64,000 nt of DNA from Candidatus Ozemobacteraceae bacterium (lineage in GTDB: Bacteria; Muiribacteriota; Ozemobacteria; Ozemobacterales; Ozemobacteraceae): positions 1,632,001 through 1,696,000 of the forward strand of contig OZ223236.1 of NCBI GenBank assembly GCA_965140445.1, read 5' to 3'. A model generated the notes under the pieces. It did not search any database. It was not told the origin of the DNA and saw only the letters and a list, made by a program, of their open reading frames with translations. Of the stretch, positions 27,038 through 37,257 are shown one piece after another. Each line of letters opens with the position of its first letter. Positions within the stretch are counted from its first letter, which is position 1. The translations under genes and the position numbers were made by a program.

Positions 27038-27079
27038 AAAAGGGGTCGAATTCATATTAAGTTGAATTCGACCCCTTTA
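27038..27079. terminator. Bidirectional terminator closing the operon and sodN
   Basis: aaaggggtcgaattca..tgaattcgaccccttt stem between convergent genes. Confidence 0.85.
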
Positions 27080-27090
27080 TTTACAGTAAA

Positions 27091-27549
27091 TTATTTCTTC
27101 AGATAATGGTGTGCAAAGTTGTGAATCAGATCATCTAGAACTTTTGAATTATTAAGATCGGTGCTTTGTTTGCATTTCATTGCATAAACAAGAATTTTGT
27201 GCAGATATTCCAGGCTTTTTTGATAGTTTTCTTTAGCTTCTTTACTCGCCTTCTCGTCCAGGATTTTGATTCTTTGAGTTAAGAAGTATTGATTTACTAT
27301 GTCTTGAATTTTTACAGCATGGGCTTCTTTTGTGTTTATCCAACGAACGATTTGATTGTAGTTGGGTGTTTTTTCTTTTCCTAGTTCCACAATTTGTTTA
27401 ATTGCTTTCTCTATAGTGGCCTGGTGCTCTTTTAAAAGGGAAATTCTTAAATCATCCCCATAAATTCCACAAGGAACTTCGCAGTGCGCAAAAGCTTGTG
27501 AGCTAGACAAAGCAAGGATAAGAGTTAAAATAACAAACAGTTTTTTCAT
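27091..27549 (-). CDS. sodN: Nickel superoxide dismutase with Sec-type signal peptide
   Basis: Ni-hook HCEVPCGIY right after an AFA cleavage site; NQIVRWINTKEAHA; AMKCKQSTD. Confidence 0.92.
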   Translation of the reverse strand: MKKLFVILTLILALSSSQAFAHCEVPCGIYGDDLRISLLKEHQATIEKAIKQIVELGKEKTPNYNQIVRWINTKEAHAVKIQDIVNQYFLTQRIKILDEKASKEAKENYQKSLEYLHKILVYAMKCKQSTDLNNSKVLDDLIHNFAHHYLKK

Positions 27550-27616
27550 GTTTCCTCCACAAATAATTTATTTTCTTAAAATCTATTTAATATACTAACC
27601 TATGCAAATCCTAAAA

Positions 27617-27656
27617 AACAAACCACTGCTGTTAATATTGATAGCAGTGGTTTGTT
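27617..27656 (-). terminator. Intrinsic terminator after the peptidase gene
   Basis: aacaaaccactgct...agcagtggtttgtt. Confidence 0.7.
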
Positions 27657-27675
27657 GGGGTTCGAAACTTAAATT

Positions 27676-29520
27676 TTAATTATTACTCAATAGTTTTATT
27701 CTCTGATTTATTTCTTCAATTTGGTTCCCATTAGCATGACTCAATTTAAATCTAAGCAGACTTGAAATTTCATGGTCCATAGGAGCCAGAACAAGCTTGT
27801 TGGAAACTCTTTCCGAGCTTGCTATGTATTCATCAACAGTTTTAAATGATGAGTTTTCAAGATCACTTTTTACTGCTTTCAAAAGAAGATTCGAGTAATA
27901 TTCCCGGGCGGTAAGTGATTTCTCAAGATTAGAATCTTTAAGTGCAGAAACAAGACCTTGAACAAATTTGCTCATTGGTTCTGATTGCTGGACTCTGATT
28001 TGCGGGGAAATTGCTGAGTTCCCGGAAATTTCACTTATGCTTAAATCATAGATGAATGGTGATGCTGGCATATACTGGGTATCATCAACATCTTCAGGTG
28101 CAAGTGCCATAACAATTATTGTCATTCGATCATATGAGTTGGCTATTTTAACTTTTTGTTTTCCAATTAATCTATTTTGATCATTTGGGTTTTGTTTCAG
28201 GTTAATAAACTTAATAACAGGTAAAACCTGTTTGCTGGTGTCTTGAAAGACCATGGCTACCTTAAAATAGGGGTGTGTTGGTCCCAGAAATCTTTTGTAA
28301 CCTGAGAATGAAACCTCAAAGGGGTTGGCAAGCTTGCTTAAGTCTGCTTCAAAAGAATCAGATCCCCAAATATTAACGCTATCCTTGATCGTTTTTGGGA
28401 ATGTTTCAATAAATTCATTTCTAGGAATTTTAAAATTTTCAAGTTTCGCTTGTTCATAAGAAAACCTGCCATTTTCTAACGCCGGATCATTAATGTGGTT
28501 CGCAATTGAGAAGGCTGTAAATACATCCGAAAAGTTAGTTGTGGTTGTTTCAAACGCTTTTCTGTAACCGCTAATACTGGTAAATTTCGATGCTGTCAAA
28601 GTTTTGAAGAAGGTTTTTCTGGATTCTTCGTCTTTTAAAACCTTTTCTATCAGATATTGATTCCAAAGGAAAACCTGCCCATAATCAGGCATCGGGTCCC
28701 ACTTTGCCCAGTTGTTTAAACTTCGATCAGACTTTTCCTTTAGAAGTTTATAATGACCAGGGATAGAGAAGCCACAAAGAACCGGAGCAATTTGAGAACA
28801 ACCTTCATTAACCCATGTGGCTTCCTCGTTGTCTTGATTATAGTGAATCATATGCTGAAATTCGTGAGCCACTACTTCAAGGTAGTCATCTGCTTCTGGG
28901 TCGCTTGGGTATGTGTCTAAATATACTATTTCGCGTTCATTGGTTCTAACTTTACTATGCATTGGAAAGTCAGACTGACGCATTTCGTCACCCGCGAAGA
29001 AATAACCGGCAACATAGCCATCATTTGGATCAGAATAGCCATCCTGAATATCTACCATCAATAGGTTTACTCTGTTATCGTTATCAATGCCAGGTTTCCA
29101 TTCGAATCCAAAGTATTCTGTGTTGGTTTTATAAATCTGATTATCAAACTGTTCCTGCACTCTGTTTATGGCTTCCTGGCTCACATCCTGAGTGTCTTGA
29201 AGAAAAACATAGCAATGTTCACCAATTGCACGCAACACAGCAGTAACTTTTTCAAAGTTACCAGTTTGGATGTTTCTTACCCAGAACATTTCCTTTTGCC
29301 CAAGATCTTTTTCGAGGCCTGTTTCTTCTGGGTTGGTATCTGCAAACTGAATTCCGGAACGAAGGCCCGCAGGTCCCATTGCTCGATTTACTTTTGGTAA
29401 CTCAATTTCCCTTGCAAGAATATGAGTTGCATCTATTATATTACCTGCGTGGAGAGCCGAAGCGCTGAATGCGATCGCGACACACAAAGCATATTTGATA
29501 ATCTTTTTCATTTTTCCCAT
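27676..29520 (-). CDS. Secreted zinc metallopeptidase (M30/hyicolysin-like)
   Basis: Signal peptide, VAGYFF, VAHEFQHMIH, WVNEGCS. Confidence 0.8.
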   Translation of the reverse strand: MGKMKKIIKYALCVAIAFSASALHAGNIIDATHILAREIELPKVNRAMGPAGLRSGIQFADTNPEETGLEKDLGQKEMFWVRNIQTGNFEKVTAVLRAIGEHCYVFLQDTQDVSQEAINRVQEQFDNQIYKTNTEYFGFEWKPGIDNDNRVNLLMVDIQDGYSDPNDGYVAGYFFAGDEMRQSDFPMHSKVRTNEREIVYLDTYPSDPEADDYLEVVAHEFQHMIHYNQDNEEATWVNEGCSQIAPVLCGFSIPGHYKLLKEKSDRSLNNWAKWDPMPDYGQVFLWNQYLIEKVLKDEESRKTFFKTLTASKFTSISGYRKAFETTTTNFSDVFTAFSIANHINDPALENGRFSYEQAKLENFKIPRNEFIETFPKTIKDSVNIWGSDSFEADLSKLANPFEVSFSGYKRFLGPTHPYFKVAMVFQDTSKQVLPVIKFINLKQNPNDQNRLIGKQKVKIANSYDRMTIIVMALAPEDVDDTQYMPASPFIYDLSISEISGNSAISPQIRVQQSEPMSKFVQGLVSALKDSNLEKSLTAREYYSNLLLKAVKSDLENSSFKTVDEYIASSERVSNKLVLAPMDHEISSLLRFKLSHANGNQIEEINQRIKLLSNN

Positions 29521-29622
29521 TCCTATGGCAATTATTCATTAAATTATACACAAAAAAACAATGTACCGATAGTTTGAAATCAAATCATAAAGGAATTTTG
29601 AACTGTTTCCGATAAGCCAGAT

Positions 29623-30141
29623 ATGTTGAAATTAAGTAGAATTAAAAAACTAATTCGAGTGTTTGTTATAGCCCAGATTCTGTTGGCTGTTTCTTCCATG
29701 CTTTTTCTTCGGGTTGATGCGGAGGAAAATTTGAATTCTGGCTATGCTCCCGTGGAATCATTAGAAATCATTTCTGCGGATTTTGCATTTGATCCCTATT
29801 CAAAAGACAATTATGATCCTGTGATCAAGGTAAAAGTTTTTAATGATTCTAATTTCCTGATTCACCGAGTTTTATTAAATGTGGATTTAAAAGCCGACAA
29901 TGGCAAATTTCATATTTTTTCTGACCGTTTTGTTCAATACATAAGCGGAGGAATTAAACCTTATCAAACCCAGGTTTTTATGATTTATCCGGGCCGATCA
30001 AGTTTTTGGAAAATGAGAAATATTCCTTATGACACTCAAATAGAAGTTAATGTTGATAAGGTTTTTATTCCAAAGAAGAATTCGCCCTGGCAACATGAAT
30101 TTGAATTTAATATTCCTTCAAGAGTTGATTATCTGGATTAA
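29623..30141 (+). CDS. Hypothetical exported protein
   Basis: N-terminal hydrophobic signal/anchor, beta-rich domain. Confidence 0.65.
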   Translation: MLKLSRIKKLIRVFVIAQILLAVSSMLFLRVDAEENLNSGYAPVESLEIISADFAFDPYSKDNYDPVIKVKVFNDSNFLIHRVLLNVDLKADNGKFHIFSDRFVQYISGGIKPYQTQVFMIYPGRSSFWKMRNIPYDTQIEVNVDKVFIPKKNSPWQHEFEFNIPSRVDYLD

Positions 30142-30160
30142 AATTATTGATTTCATAAAA

Positions 30161-30194
30161 AAAAGCCCGCCGATTATAAATCAGCGGGCTTTTT
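30161..30194. terminator. Bidirectional terminator
   Basis: aaaagcccgccgatt..aatcagcgggctttt between convergent genes. Confidence 0.85.
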
Positions 30195-30200
30195 ATGTTT

Positions 30201-32171
30201 TTATTTACTAAGTTCGTGGTAGTCCTCAGGAACTGTAACGTTGGTTTCAAGACCAAGGAAGTTCAGAAGGCTGAGAATCAATTTTGATTTTTGTTCAGCA
30301 TCAATTCTACTCCAGGTTTTGCTCTTAACTTCTACATAACGACCGATACTTGGTGATTCCATAGTATCCACGTTAATAAAGAATTTAATACCTTTGAAAA
30401 CAACATGGAATCTAAGTCTATCTTTTTGAAGCTCAAGGATTGAATCTGGTTTAAAATACTCTTTATAGAATCTCAAAGAGTTGTTTGCCTGAGCAAGATA
30501 TCTACTTCTTGAAAGTACTATTTCAGATGTTTGATCAAAGTCTTCGCGGTTTTCACCGATAAGGGTCAGTCTTGATCTTACACTCTTAACATTGCCTTTT
30601 TCATCAATGAGTTCATCTTCTCTGTATCTGACCATTTCTTTGTTGTCAGTGAACTGGAAGTAAGTGTCAAATTGTCTGTAATGATTTTTCTGTTCAACAA
30701 CTATCTCTGGTGAACTGATTTTTTCAAGAACAGAACTTGTTTCTTCAATTTTCACTTTGACCTGAATTTCGAAGCTTTCTTCCTGAGTCGCTCCACCAAT
30801 AGCTACAAGCTTAGAAAGAAGTGATTGTTCTCTTTCAAGGAGGAATTTATCAACTTTTGCAGCAAACACTTTGCTTTCTTCCATGAGTGCTTTTTCATCG
30901 ATTCCTGTCAGTTCACGATCTCTTAAAACCCATTTTCCGTTGATCATCACGTCTGTTACGTCTGAAGATTTTGAAGCATAAACGATCTGAGAATAAGTTC
31001 CCTCAGGATCTCTCATGAATCTTGGTGCATTGTGAACAGGGGAGATGTCGAGGAGGATCATGTCAGCTCGTTTATTCTTTTCTAGTGATCCTGTTATATC
31101 ACTAACGTGAATGGCTTTTGCTCCACCATGTGTTGCCATGTAAAGAACCTGTCTGGCTGGAAGTGAAGTTGGATCTCCAGTTTTCAATTTGGCCAGGAAA
31201 GATGTTAGTCTCATTTCCTCGAACATGTCCAGATCGTTGTTTGATGCAGGGCCATCTGTTCCGATACCTACATTAACGTTAAGTTCAACCATTTTGGTTA
31301 CAGGGGCAGCGCCGCTGGCTAATTTCATATTTGATGAAGGATTGTGAACAGCACCACAACCATGTTGGGCTAATTCGCGCATTTCACCTTCATCTATGTG
31401 AATCAGATGGCCGCCGATTAGCTTAGTGTCTAACAAATGCTGTCTTTTGATGTAAGGAATTACAGGCATTCCGGTTTCGGCTCTAAGTCCATCAACTTCC
31501 TGAGATGTTTCAGCAAGATGGATATGCAGAGGAACATCAAATTCTCTTGCCATTGCGGCACATGCCTGAAGAATTTCAGGGGTTGTTGTGTAAGGCGCAT
31601 GAGGAGCGATTGCTGGAACGATCAAAGGATGGTTTTTCCACTCCTCAATAAACGCTCTGGTTCTTGTGAGTGCTTCTTCATAAAACGAAGAATCTGGTGA
31701 TGGGAATTTCAAAATGGATTCGCCCAATACTGCGCGCATTCCTGCTTCTGCGGTTGCTTCTGCAATGTGTTCTTCAAAATAATACATGTCTGCAAAAGTT
31801 GTAGTTCCACTGCGAATCATTTCTGCACAAGCAAGCTTGGTTCCAAGTTTTACAAATTCTGGTGAAACAAATTCTCTTTCAACTGGCATAATATAACCCA
31901 TCAGCCAAACATCCAGTCTCAAATCATCTGAAAGTCCTCTTAAAAGAGTCATGGGAACGTGAGTGTGGGCGTTTACCAGGCCGGGCATCAACACTCTTCC
32001 ATTACAATCAATGACTTCTTCACCATCATATACCTTGCAAATATCTTCTTCATGGCCAACAGCGACGATTGAATCGCCTAATACTGCTACTGCGCCAGGG
32101 TAATACTGGTTAAATTGTTCATCCATCGTCAGGACAATGGCATTTTTAAAAAGTTTATCTACTTTATTCAT
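30201..32171 (-). CDS. MtaD/DadD-like amidohydrolase (nucleoside deaminase) fused to a C-terminal CYTH domain
   Basis: NAHTH, PHAPY, HIHLAET, GTDGPASNN; C-terminal FEIQVK..QFDTYF..VRYR..LTL..KDR..VD..YVEVK..Y CYTH pattern. Confidence 0.85.
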   Translation of the reverse strand: MNKVDKLFKNAIVLTMDEQFNQYYPGAVAVLGDSIVAVGHEEDICKVYDGEEVIDCNGRVLMPGLVNAHTHVPMTLLRGLSDDLRLDVWLMGYIMPVEREFVSPEFVKLGTKLACAEMIRSGTTTFADMYYFEEHIAEATAEAGMRAVLGESILKFPSPDSSFYEEALTRTRAFIEEWKNHPLIVPAIAPHAPYTTTPEILQACAAMAREFDVPLHIHLAETSQEVDGLRAETGMPVIPYIKRQHLLDTKLIGGHLIHIDEGEMRELAQHGCGAVHNPSSNMKLASGAAPVTKMVELNVNVGIGTDGPASNNDLDMFEEMRLTSFLAKLKTGDPTSLPARQVLYMATHGGAKAIHVSDITGSLEKNKRADMILLDISPVHNAPRFMRDPEGTYSQIVYASKSSDVTDVMINGKWVLRDRELTGIDEKALMEESKVFAAKVDKFLLEREQSLLSKLVAIGGATQEESFEIQVKVKIEETSSVLEKISSPEIVVEQKNHYRQFDTYFQFTDNKEMVRYREDELIDEKGNVKSVRSRLTLIGENREDFDQTSEIVLSRSRYLAQANNSLRFYKEYFKPDSILELQKDRLRFHVVFKGIKFFINVDTMESPSIGRYVEVKSKTWSRIDAEQKSKLILSLLNFLGLETNVTVPEDYHELSK

Positions 32172-32318
32172 CTGACTTTTCCCTTTCCCGCTATAGTATA
32201 AATTTTATTACCCTCCAGCATATCAGCATACTTTTCTAAAATCCATGCTTTTCCAGAGAAAAAATAGAAAAAATGATAAACGCTAGTTTTCTTGAATCAG
32301 AGTGACTTTTGATTTAAA

Positions 32319-34700
32319 ATGAGGTCAATATTGGCTGGGACTGTACATATAGAGATGGAAAAAAATTCAAGTATCATCCATAGCATTCTCACAAGACAGC
32401 TTGACAGTGAGGATGTAAGAAAAATTGTCGACGTAATTAAAAGCCGTGAAGAGGAGAATTACTCCGAAGCACTGGGCAAAATTCTTGAAAACGTTGCCGA
32501 TTTGCTCAATGTTTCCAGTCGTTTACTGGATAATTTATTGCTTCTTCTGGTTGAGATGACCTCTGAAATTGCTGGGGCTGAGCGTGGAACTCTTTTTTTA
32601 TATGATCAGGAATCCAATGAACTTTTTTCCAGAGTAACCAAAGGAAGCGACTTGGTAGAAATCAGATTCCCATCCAGTAGTGGGATTGCCGGTAAAGCTT
32701 TTGAGTCTGGGGAAATCATAATTGTTGAAGATGCATATGCAGATGAAAGATTTAACAGGCAGGTCGATTTAAATACCGGGTATAAAACGAAGAATCTTTT
32801 TTGTCTTCCAATCAGACTCGGGAACTCCTCCGATGTTATTGGCGTTTTAGAATTAATCAATCTGAGGAAACTACCTCTTAAGCCACAGGACGTAAGTTTG
32901 CTGGAGAGGGTTACTTCAAATTCTGCTCAGGTTTTAAAAAATGCGCAGCAGTTTGAGCAGGTTCAATTAGCTAGAGAAAATGAATCACATTTACTTGAAA
33001 TAGCTTCCGTTATCTCTTCTGAATTGCAGTTGAAGCCACTTTTGGAAAAAATAATGGAAGCTGTGACCATGATTCTTAACTGTGACCGGGCAACTATTTT
33101 CCTGCACGACGAGAAAACTAATGAGCTGTGGTCTAAAGTTGCGCTTGGTTTAAATAATCAGGAAATACGTTTCCCATGTGCTATGGGCATTGCAGGTGAA
33201 GTCTTTACAACAGGAAACACCGTAAATATTCCGGATGCATACGCAGATTCAAGATTTAATCAGGAAGTTGATGTTAGAACTGGCTACAGAACGCAAAATA
33301 TTTTGTGTATGCCATTAATCAATAAATATGGCAAAATCATTGGCGTTACTCAGGTTTTAAATAAGCGCGGAGGCTGTTTTAACCGCCAGGACGAAAAGAA
33401 ACTTAAAAGCTTTTCCTCACAATCATCAATAGCTATTGAAAATGCCAAATTGTTCGATGAAGTTTTGAACGTAAAAAATTACAGCGAGAGTATTTTAAGA
33501 AGCCTCAGCAACGGCGTTGTTAGCTTGAATCACATGAGAAGAATTGAGAAGTGCAACTCCATTGCGCTAAAAATTCTGGGGGTAACCGAAGAGCAAATTA
33601 TTGGCAGATACGCGGATATTACTTTTACTGGCGATAATCATTGGATTGTGGACAGTTTGCGAAGGGTAATTGCCACTAACGACTCAGATACTTTTATTGA
33701 TGCCGAAATAGTAAATCTTCATGGTGAGAAGGTTTCGATAAATATGGGAGTTGTTCCACTTCGTGATACAAGCGATCAGCCCATGGGAGCTTTACTTATC
33801 ATGGAAGATCTGTCCATTGAAAAGAGGTTAAAAGGGACCCTTGCTCGCTATATGACAAAAGAAGTTGCCGATCAGCTCATGGACTCAGATGCGGAGCTTG
33901 GCGGCCAGATAAAAGAGCTGACCATTTTATTTTCTGATATTCGGGATTTTACAACTATTTCTGAGAAACTTGGGCCACAAGAAACGGTTTCAATGCTTAA
34001 TGAGTATTTTACGACTATGGTTGATATTGTTTTTCATCATGGCGGAATCCTTGATAAATTTATTGGCGATGCAATGCTTGCTGTTTTTGGAGCTCCTTTT
34101 TCAACGGGCGAAGATGCAGATAAGGCTGTTTGTACTGCTATAGATATGATGAAATCATTGAAGCAGTTCAATGCTGCTAGAATGCTGCAAAATAAGGAAG
34201 CAATTGATATTGGAATTGGAATAAGCACTGATAACGTGCTGGTTGGAAATATTGGCTCCATGAAGAGAATGGATTATACTGTCATTGGAGATGGTGTTAA
34301 TCTGGCATCCAGACTAGAAGGAGCTACCAAGTTTTATCATGCAGATATTCTGATCAGCGAGAAAACTGCTGACATGCTTCAATACAGATATTTTCTTCGA
34401 GAGGTAGATTTGATACGGGTTAAGGGCAAGACACTTCCGGTAAAAGTATTTGAAGTGCTTGACCACCATGAGAAGCAGAGTTTTCCAAACATGGTTGAAG
34501 TGATAAATCTATGTCATCAAGGCATAGACTTATTTAGAGAACAGAAATGGGAAGAAGCCTGCGAAATTTTCGAAGCTTCTCTTAGGTTAAATCGTCGTGA
34601 TGAATTGGCTAAAATTTATGTTGGAAGATGTCATTACTTTATGAAACATCCACCAGGACCGAATTGGGATGGAGTCTGGACAATGACTTCAAAATCTTAA
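32319..34700 (+). CDS. GAF-GAF-PAS class III adenylate cyclase
   Basis: Two GAF repeats (DAYADxRFN..VD..TGYxT), PAS, LFSDIRDFT, DKFIGDA, DYTVIGDGVNLASRLE. Confidence 0.93.
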   Translation: MRSILAGTVHIEMEKNSSIIHSILTRQLDSEDVRKIVDVIKSREEENYSEALGKILENVADLLNVSSRLLDNLLLLLVEMTSEIAGAERGTLFLYDQESNELFSRVTKGSDLVEIRFPSSSGIAGKAFESGEIIIVEDAYADERFNRQVDLNTGYKTKNLFCLPIRLGNSSDVIGVLELINLRKLPLKPQDVSLLERVTSNSAQVLKNAQQFEQVQLARENESHLLEIASVISSELQLKPLLEKIMEAVTMILNCDRATIFLHDEKTNELWSKVALGLNNQEIRFPCAMGIAGEVFTTGNTVNIPDAYADSRFNQEVDVRTGYRTQNILCMPLINKYGKIIGVTQVLNKRGGCFNRQDEKKLKSFSSQSSIAIENAKLFDEVLNVKNYSESILRSLSNGVVSLNHMRRIEKCNSIALKILGVTEEQIIGRYADITFTGDNHWIVDSLRRVIATNDSDTFIDAEIVNLHGEKVSINMGVVPLRDTSDQPMGALLIMEDLSIEKRLKGTLARYMTKEVADQLMDSDAELGGQIKELTILFSDIRDFTTISEKLGPQETVSMLNEYFTTMVDIVFHHGGILDKFIGDAMLAVFGAPFSTGEDADKAVCTAIDMMKSLKQFNAARMLQNKEAIDIGIGISTDNVLVGNIGSMKRMDYTVIGDGVNLASRLEGATKFYHADILISEKTADMLQYRYFLREVDLIRVKGKTLPVKVFEVLDHHEKQSFPNMVEVINLCHQGIDLFREQKWEEACEIFEASLRLNRRDELAKIYVGRCHYFMKHPPGPNWDGVWTMTSKS

Positions 34701-34719
34701 GAGAATCAAGAAGTTTTAA

Positions 34720-37257
34720 ATGGCTTTAAATAAAGAACAACAGAATCTGATAAATGACTTGAAGGCTCCAATTAAATCCTTCAGGATTTTTGCATTGGAA
34801 GAAACCATTAAGAGTGGTGCTTGTCAGGAAGTGTTACAGACGCTTGAAGAGCTGCGCCTTTCTGAAGAGGATGGCGAGTGTCAGATTTTAATTAATCACG
34901 CTATTTCATCCGTTCAACAGCGTTTATCAGGAACTGCCACAGAACCAAAAGCTCTTAAAGAACAGCAGGAATTTATGGAAGCCTGGGAGAAGGCTGATAT
35001 GAATGGCAAGTTGAGTATTCTAAATGCCATTCCAAATCGGCTTCCAAAAGGTTTGAGGGGCATGGGGCCTGAACTCCTGGAAAATCAAAATGCTTCCGTT
35101 GTTGCTTCAAAGGTAATTAGAGTTTTTTGCCGTTATTGGCCAGAAGATAGATTTGGCGATATTGTAAAATGTCTAAATTCCGACAGCCTATCTCTAAAGC
35201 TTGCTGCGCTGAAAACTTTAGTTCATATGCATCCAATGATGCTTATAAATGATCTTCCAGAACTTTTAAATTCGAAAGATGCACAGATTAAAGCTCTGGC
35301 CATCAGAGGATTGACCAAGATAGATACCGAGGAAGCGTTGAAGCATCTTCAGGCATTGTTATTGTCTCCCGACATTTCTGATCGACTGGCTGGAATACAG
35401 AATTGTCCATTTTTGCCTTTTGAGATGGTTAAACCTGTTCTATTGAAATATTTTTCTGCAGAAAATCATCCGGAGCTTTTAATCAGGGCAGGGTGGATTC
35501 TTGAAATGAACCCTGATGTGCAGGTTCCGTTTAAACTTTATGAAATTTCGGAGAGGGTTCCTGCCAAAAAGGCTCAGTTAGTAAAACAGATTGTATCAGA
35601 AGCCGTTAAGCTTCTGGAAAAATCCGGAATCCTTGGCGACAAATTTCAGGCTTATACGCAAAAATTACAGAGCTGGGTATATAAACGCAATGCTATTAGA
35701 TTCGTGAAGCAGGTAGTAGCAAAACTAAACTCAGAGCATGTAGATTCGGATCTTGAGCAGGTTATTTTGAACAATCTCAAACAGGCTTTGATTAGAGAGG
35801 CCTTTACTGAAGCCCTTGAATGGCCAATCCCTGCTAAAATAAAAGAAAAGATTAACTCCTATTTAAAGCAATCCTCTGCTACAAAACCTATTGCATCGCC
35901 AGAGCAGGCAACACCAGAAGAAGTGGACAAAGCTGCTGAGGTTCCAGAAGTTAAAGCTGCTCCAAAAACTGAGGATAGTTCTTTTCCAACACAGGAAAAG
36001 ATTGCAAAGGATCTTAAAGCTGATCTTAAAGAAGTTGTTTCACCAGAACAAGCGAGAGCTGAGACGTTAGAGGAGAAGGTTCATCGATTTGCTTCTTTGT
36101 CTCTGGACGAATTAGCTCTTGTTGTAAACGAGATTAAAGGAATAATTGAGGGAAAAGATGCCCCGGTGGATTTAAGAATTACGGCTTTGCACACATTAAC
36201 CAGACACTACCATAAAGGTTTTGAAAAGTTAGCCGTCAGTTTATTGTCACACCCTAATGTTGCCCTTGCTACCGCGGCTCTGGAATATCTTGGAGCAGTA
36301 GATCCCGAAGTAACCTTCCCATATCTGGGGCAATGTTTAAAGGTTATGGATGTAAGGATGAAGTCAGCTGCTCTCGGTATTTTGATTCACTTTGACTTTA
36401 ATCAGGCGGCGTCTTCATTAAATGCCATGTTAAAATCCCGAGAACCAGAGCAGCAGAAAATGGCTTTGGAATGTATGGATCAGTTTGATTTTTCATTGAT
36501 CAGGGATCAGCTAACAGACTTTTTGTGCCGTTGCAAGGATAGCCGTTTGGTAGAAATGGGATTGCTTCACTTTGCTGCGAACCCATCGCCTGATAACATT
36601 TACTGTTTGTTTAAGGTTGAGAAATCGCATCATGGAGATGTTGTTCAGCAAGTTAAGAGCGTAAGAAGCCAATGTCAGGTTCAGGTGCGATCCTCTGAGA
36701 TGGTTCATGGGCAAAGTAGTGGTAAATCTACTGTTGACAGCGATGCAGAGCTTGAGAAGCGCTATCAGGAAGAGCAGGAGAAAAAGAGAACTCAACGTCC
36801 TGCATATGCGTTTAAGCAAAAGGAAGCAGAGGCAGAAAAGCTTAACGTCAAAGAGGCAACAAAAGAAGTTGTAACCTTGGTGCGAGAAGTTATTCAGTCA
36901 CGAGGAGCTTACATTTTAGGTGTTATTGCTTTGGTGTTGGGTGTGATGTTTTATCTTTTCTTTATGCCGGGTGAGGCTACTGATGTTGCCGGAAAAATTG
37001 GGGGAGCAATTGTTTCTGGACCAATGACCGTCGAAGGTACAGTTGAAAAGGTTAATGGGGACGTGGTTTTCTTTAGAACCCTGAAAAACAATCTTTTCGT
37101 GATTACGCCTCAACGAGAAGGTTTTAGAACTCCAAAAGTTCGTTCTAAATTGAGAGTTTCAATGGTTCCATATAGACAAACTCCCGATGGAAGCTATTTG
37201 GCAAGAATTCGAATGATCCGAGAAGTAGAGGCTTTTACTGAGGATGGAGAGAAGTAG
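34720..37257 (+). CDS. HEAT-repeat protein with a C-terminal TM helix and small exported domain
   Basis: Repeated LxSxD..KxxAL helical motifs; TM AYILGVIALVLGVMFYLFF. Confidence 0.7.
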   Translation: MALNKEQQNLINDLKAPIKSFRIFALEETIKSGACQEVLQTLEELRLSEEDGECQILINHAISSVQQRLSGTATEPKALKEQQEFMEAWEKADMNGKLSILNAIPNRLPKGLRGMGPELLENQNASVVASKVIRVFCRYWPEDRFGDIVKCLNSDSLSLKLAALKTLVHMHPMMLINDLPELLNSKDAQIKALAIRGLTKIDTEEALKHLQALLLSPDISDRLAGIQNCPFLPFEMVKPVLLKYFSAENHPELLIRAGWILEMNPDVQVPFKLYEISERVPAKKAQLVKQIVSEAVKLLEKSGILGDKFQAYTQKLQSWVYKRNAIRFVKQVVAKLNSEHVDSDLEQVILNNLKQALIREAFTEALEWPIPAKIKEKINSYLKQSSATKPIASPEQATPEEVDKAAEVPEVKAAPKTEDSSFPTQEKIAKDLKADLKEVVSPEQARAETLEEKVHRFASLSLDELALVVNEIKGIIEGKDAPVDLRITALHTLTRHYHKGFEKLAVSLLSHPNVALATAALEYLGAVDPEVTFPYLGQCLKVMDVRMKSAALGILIHFDFNQAASSLNAMLKSREPEQQKMALECMDQFDFSLIRDQLTDFLCRCKDSRLVEMGLLHFAANPSPDNIYCLFKVEKSHHGDVVQQVKSVRSQCQVQVRSSEMVHGQSSGKSTVDSDAELEKRYQEEQEKKRTQRPAYAFKQKEAEAEKLNVKEATKEVVTLVREVIQSRGAYILGVIALVLGVMFYLFFMPGEATDVAGKIGGAIVSGPMTVEGTVEKVNGDVVFFRTLKNNLFVITPQREGFRTPKVRSKLRVSMVPYRQTPDGSYLARIRMIREVEAFTEDGEK

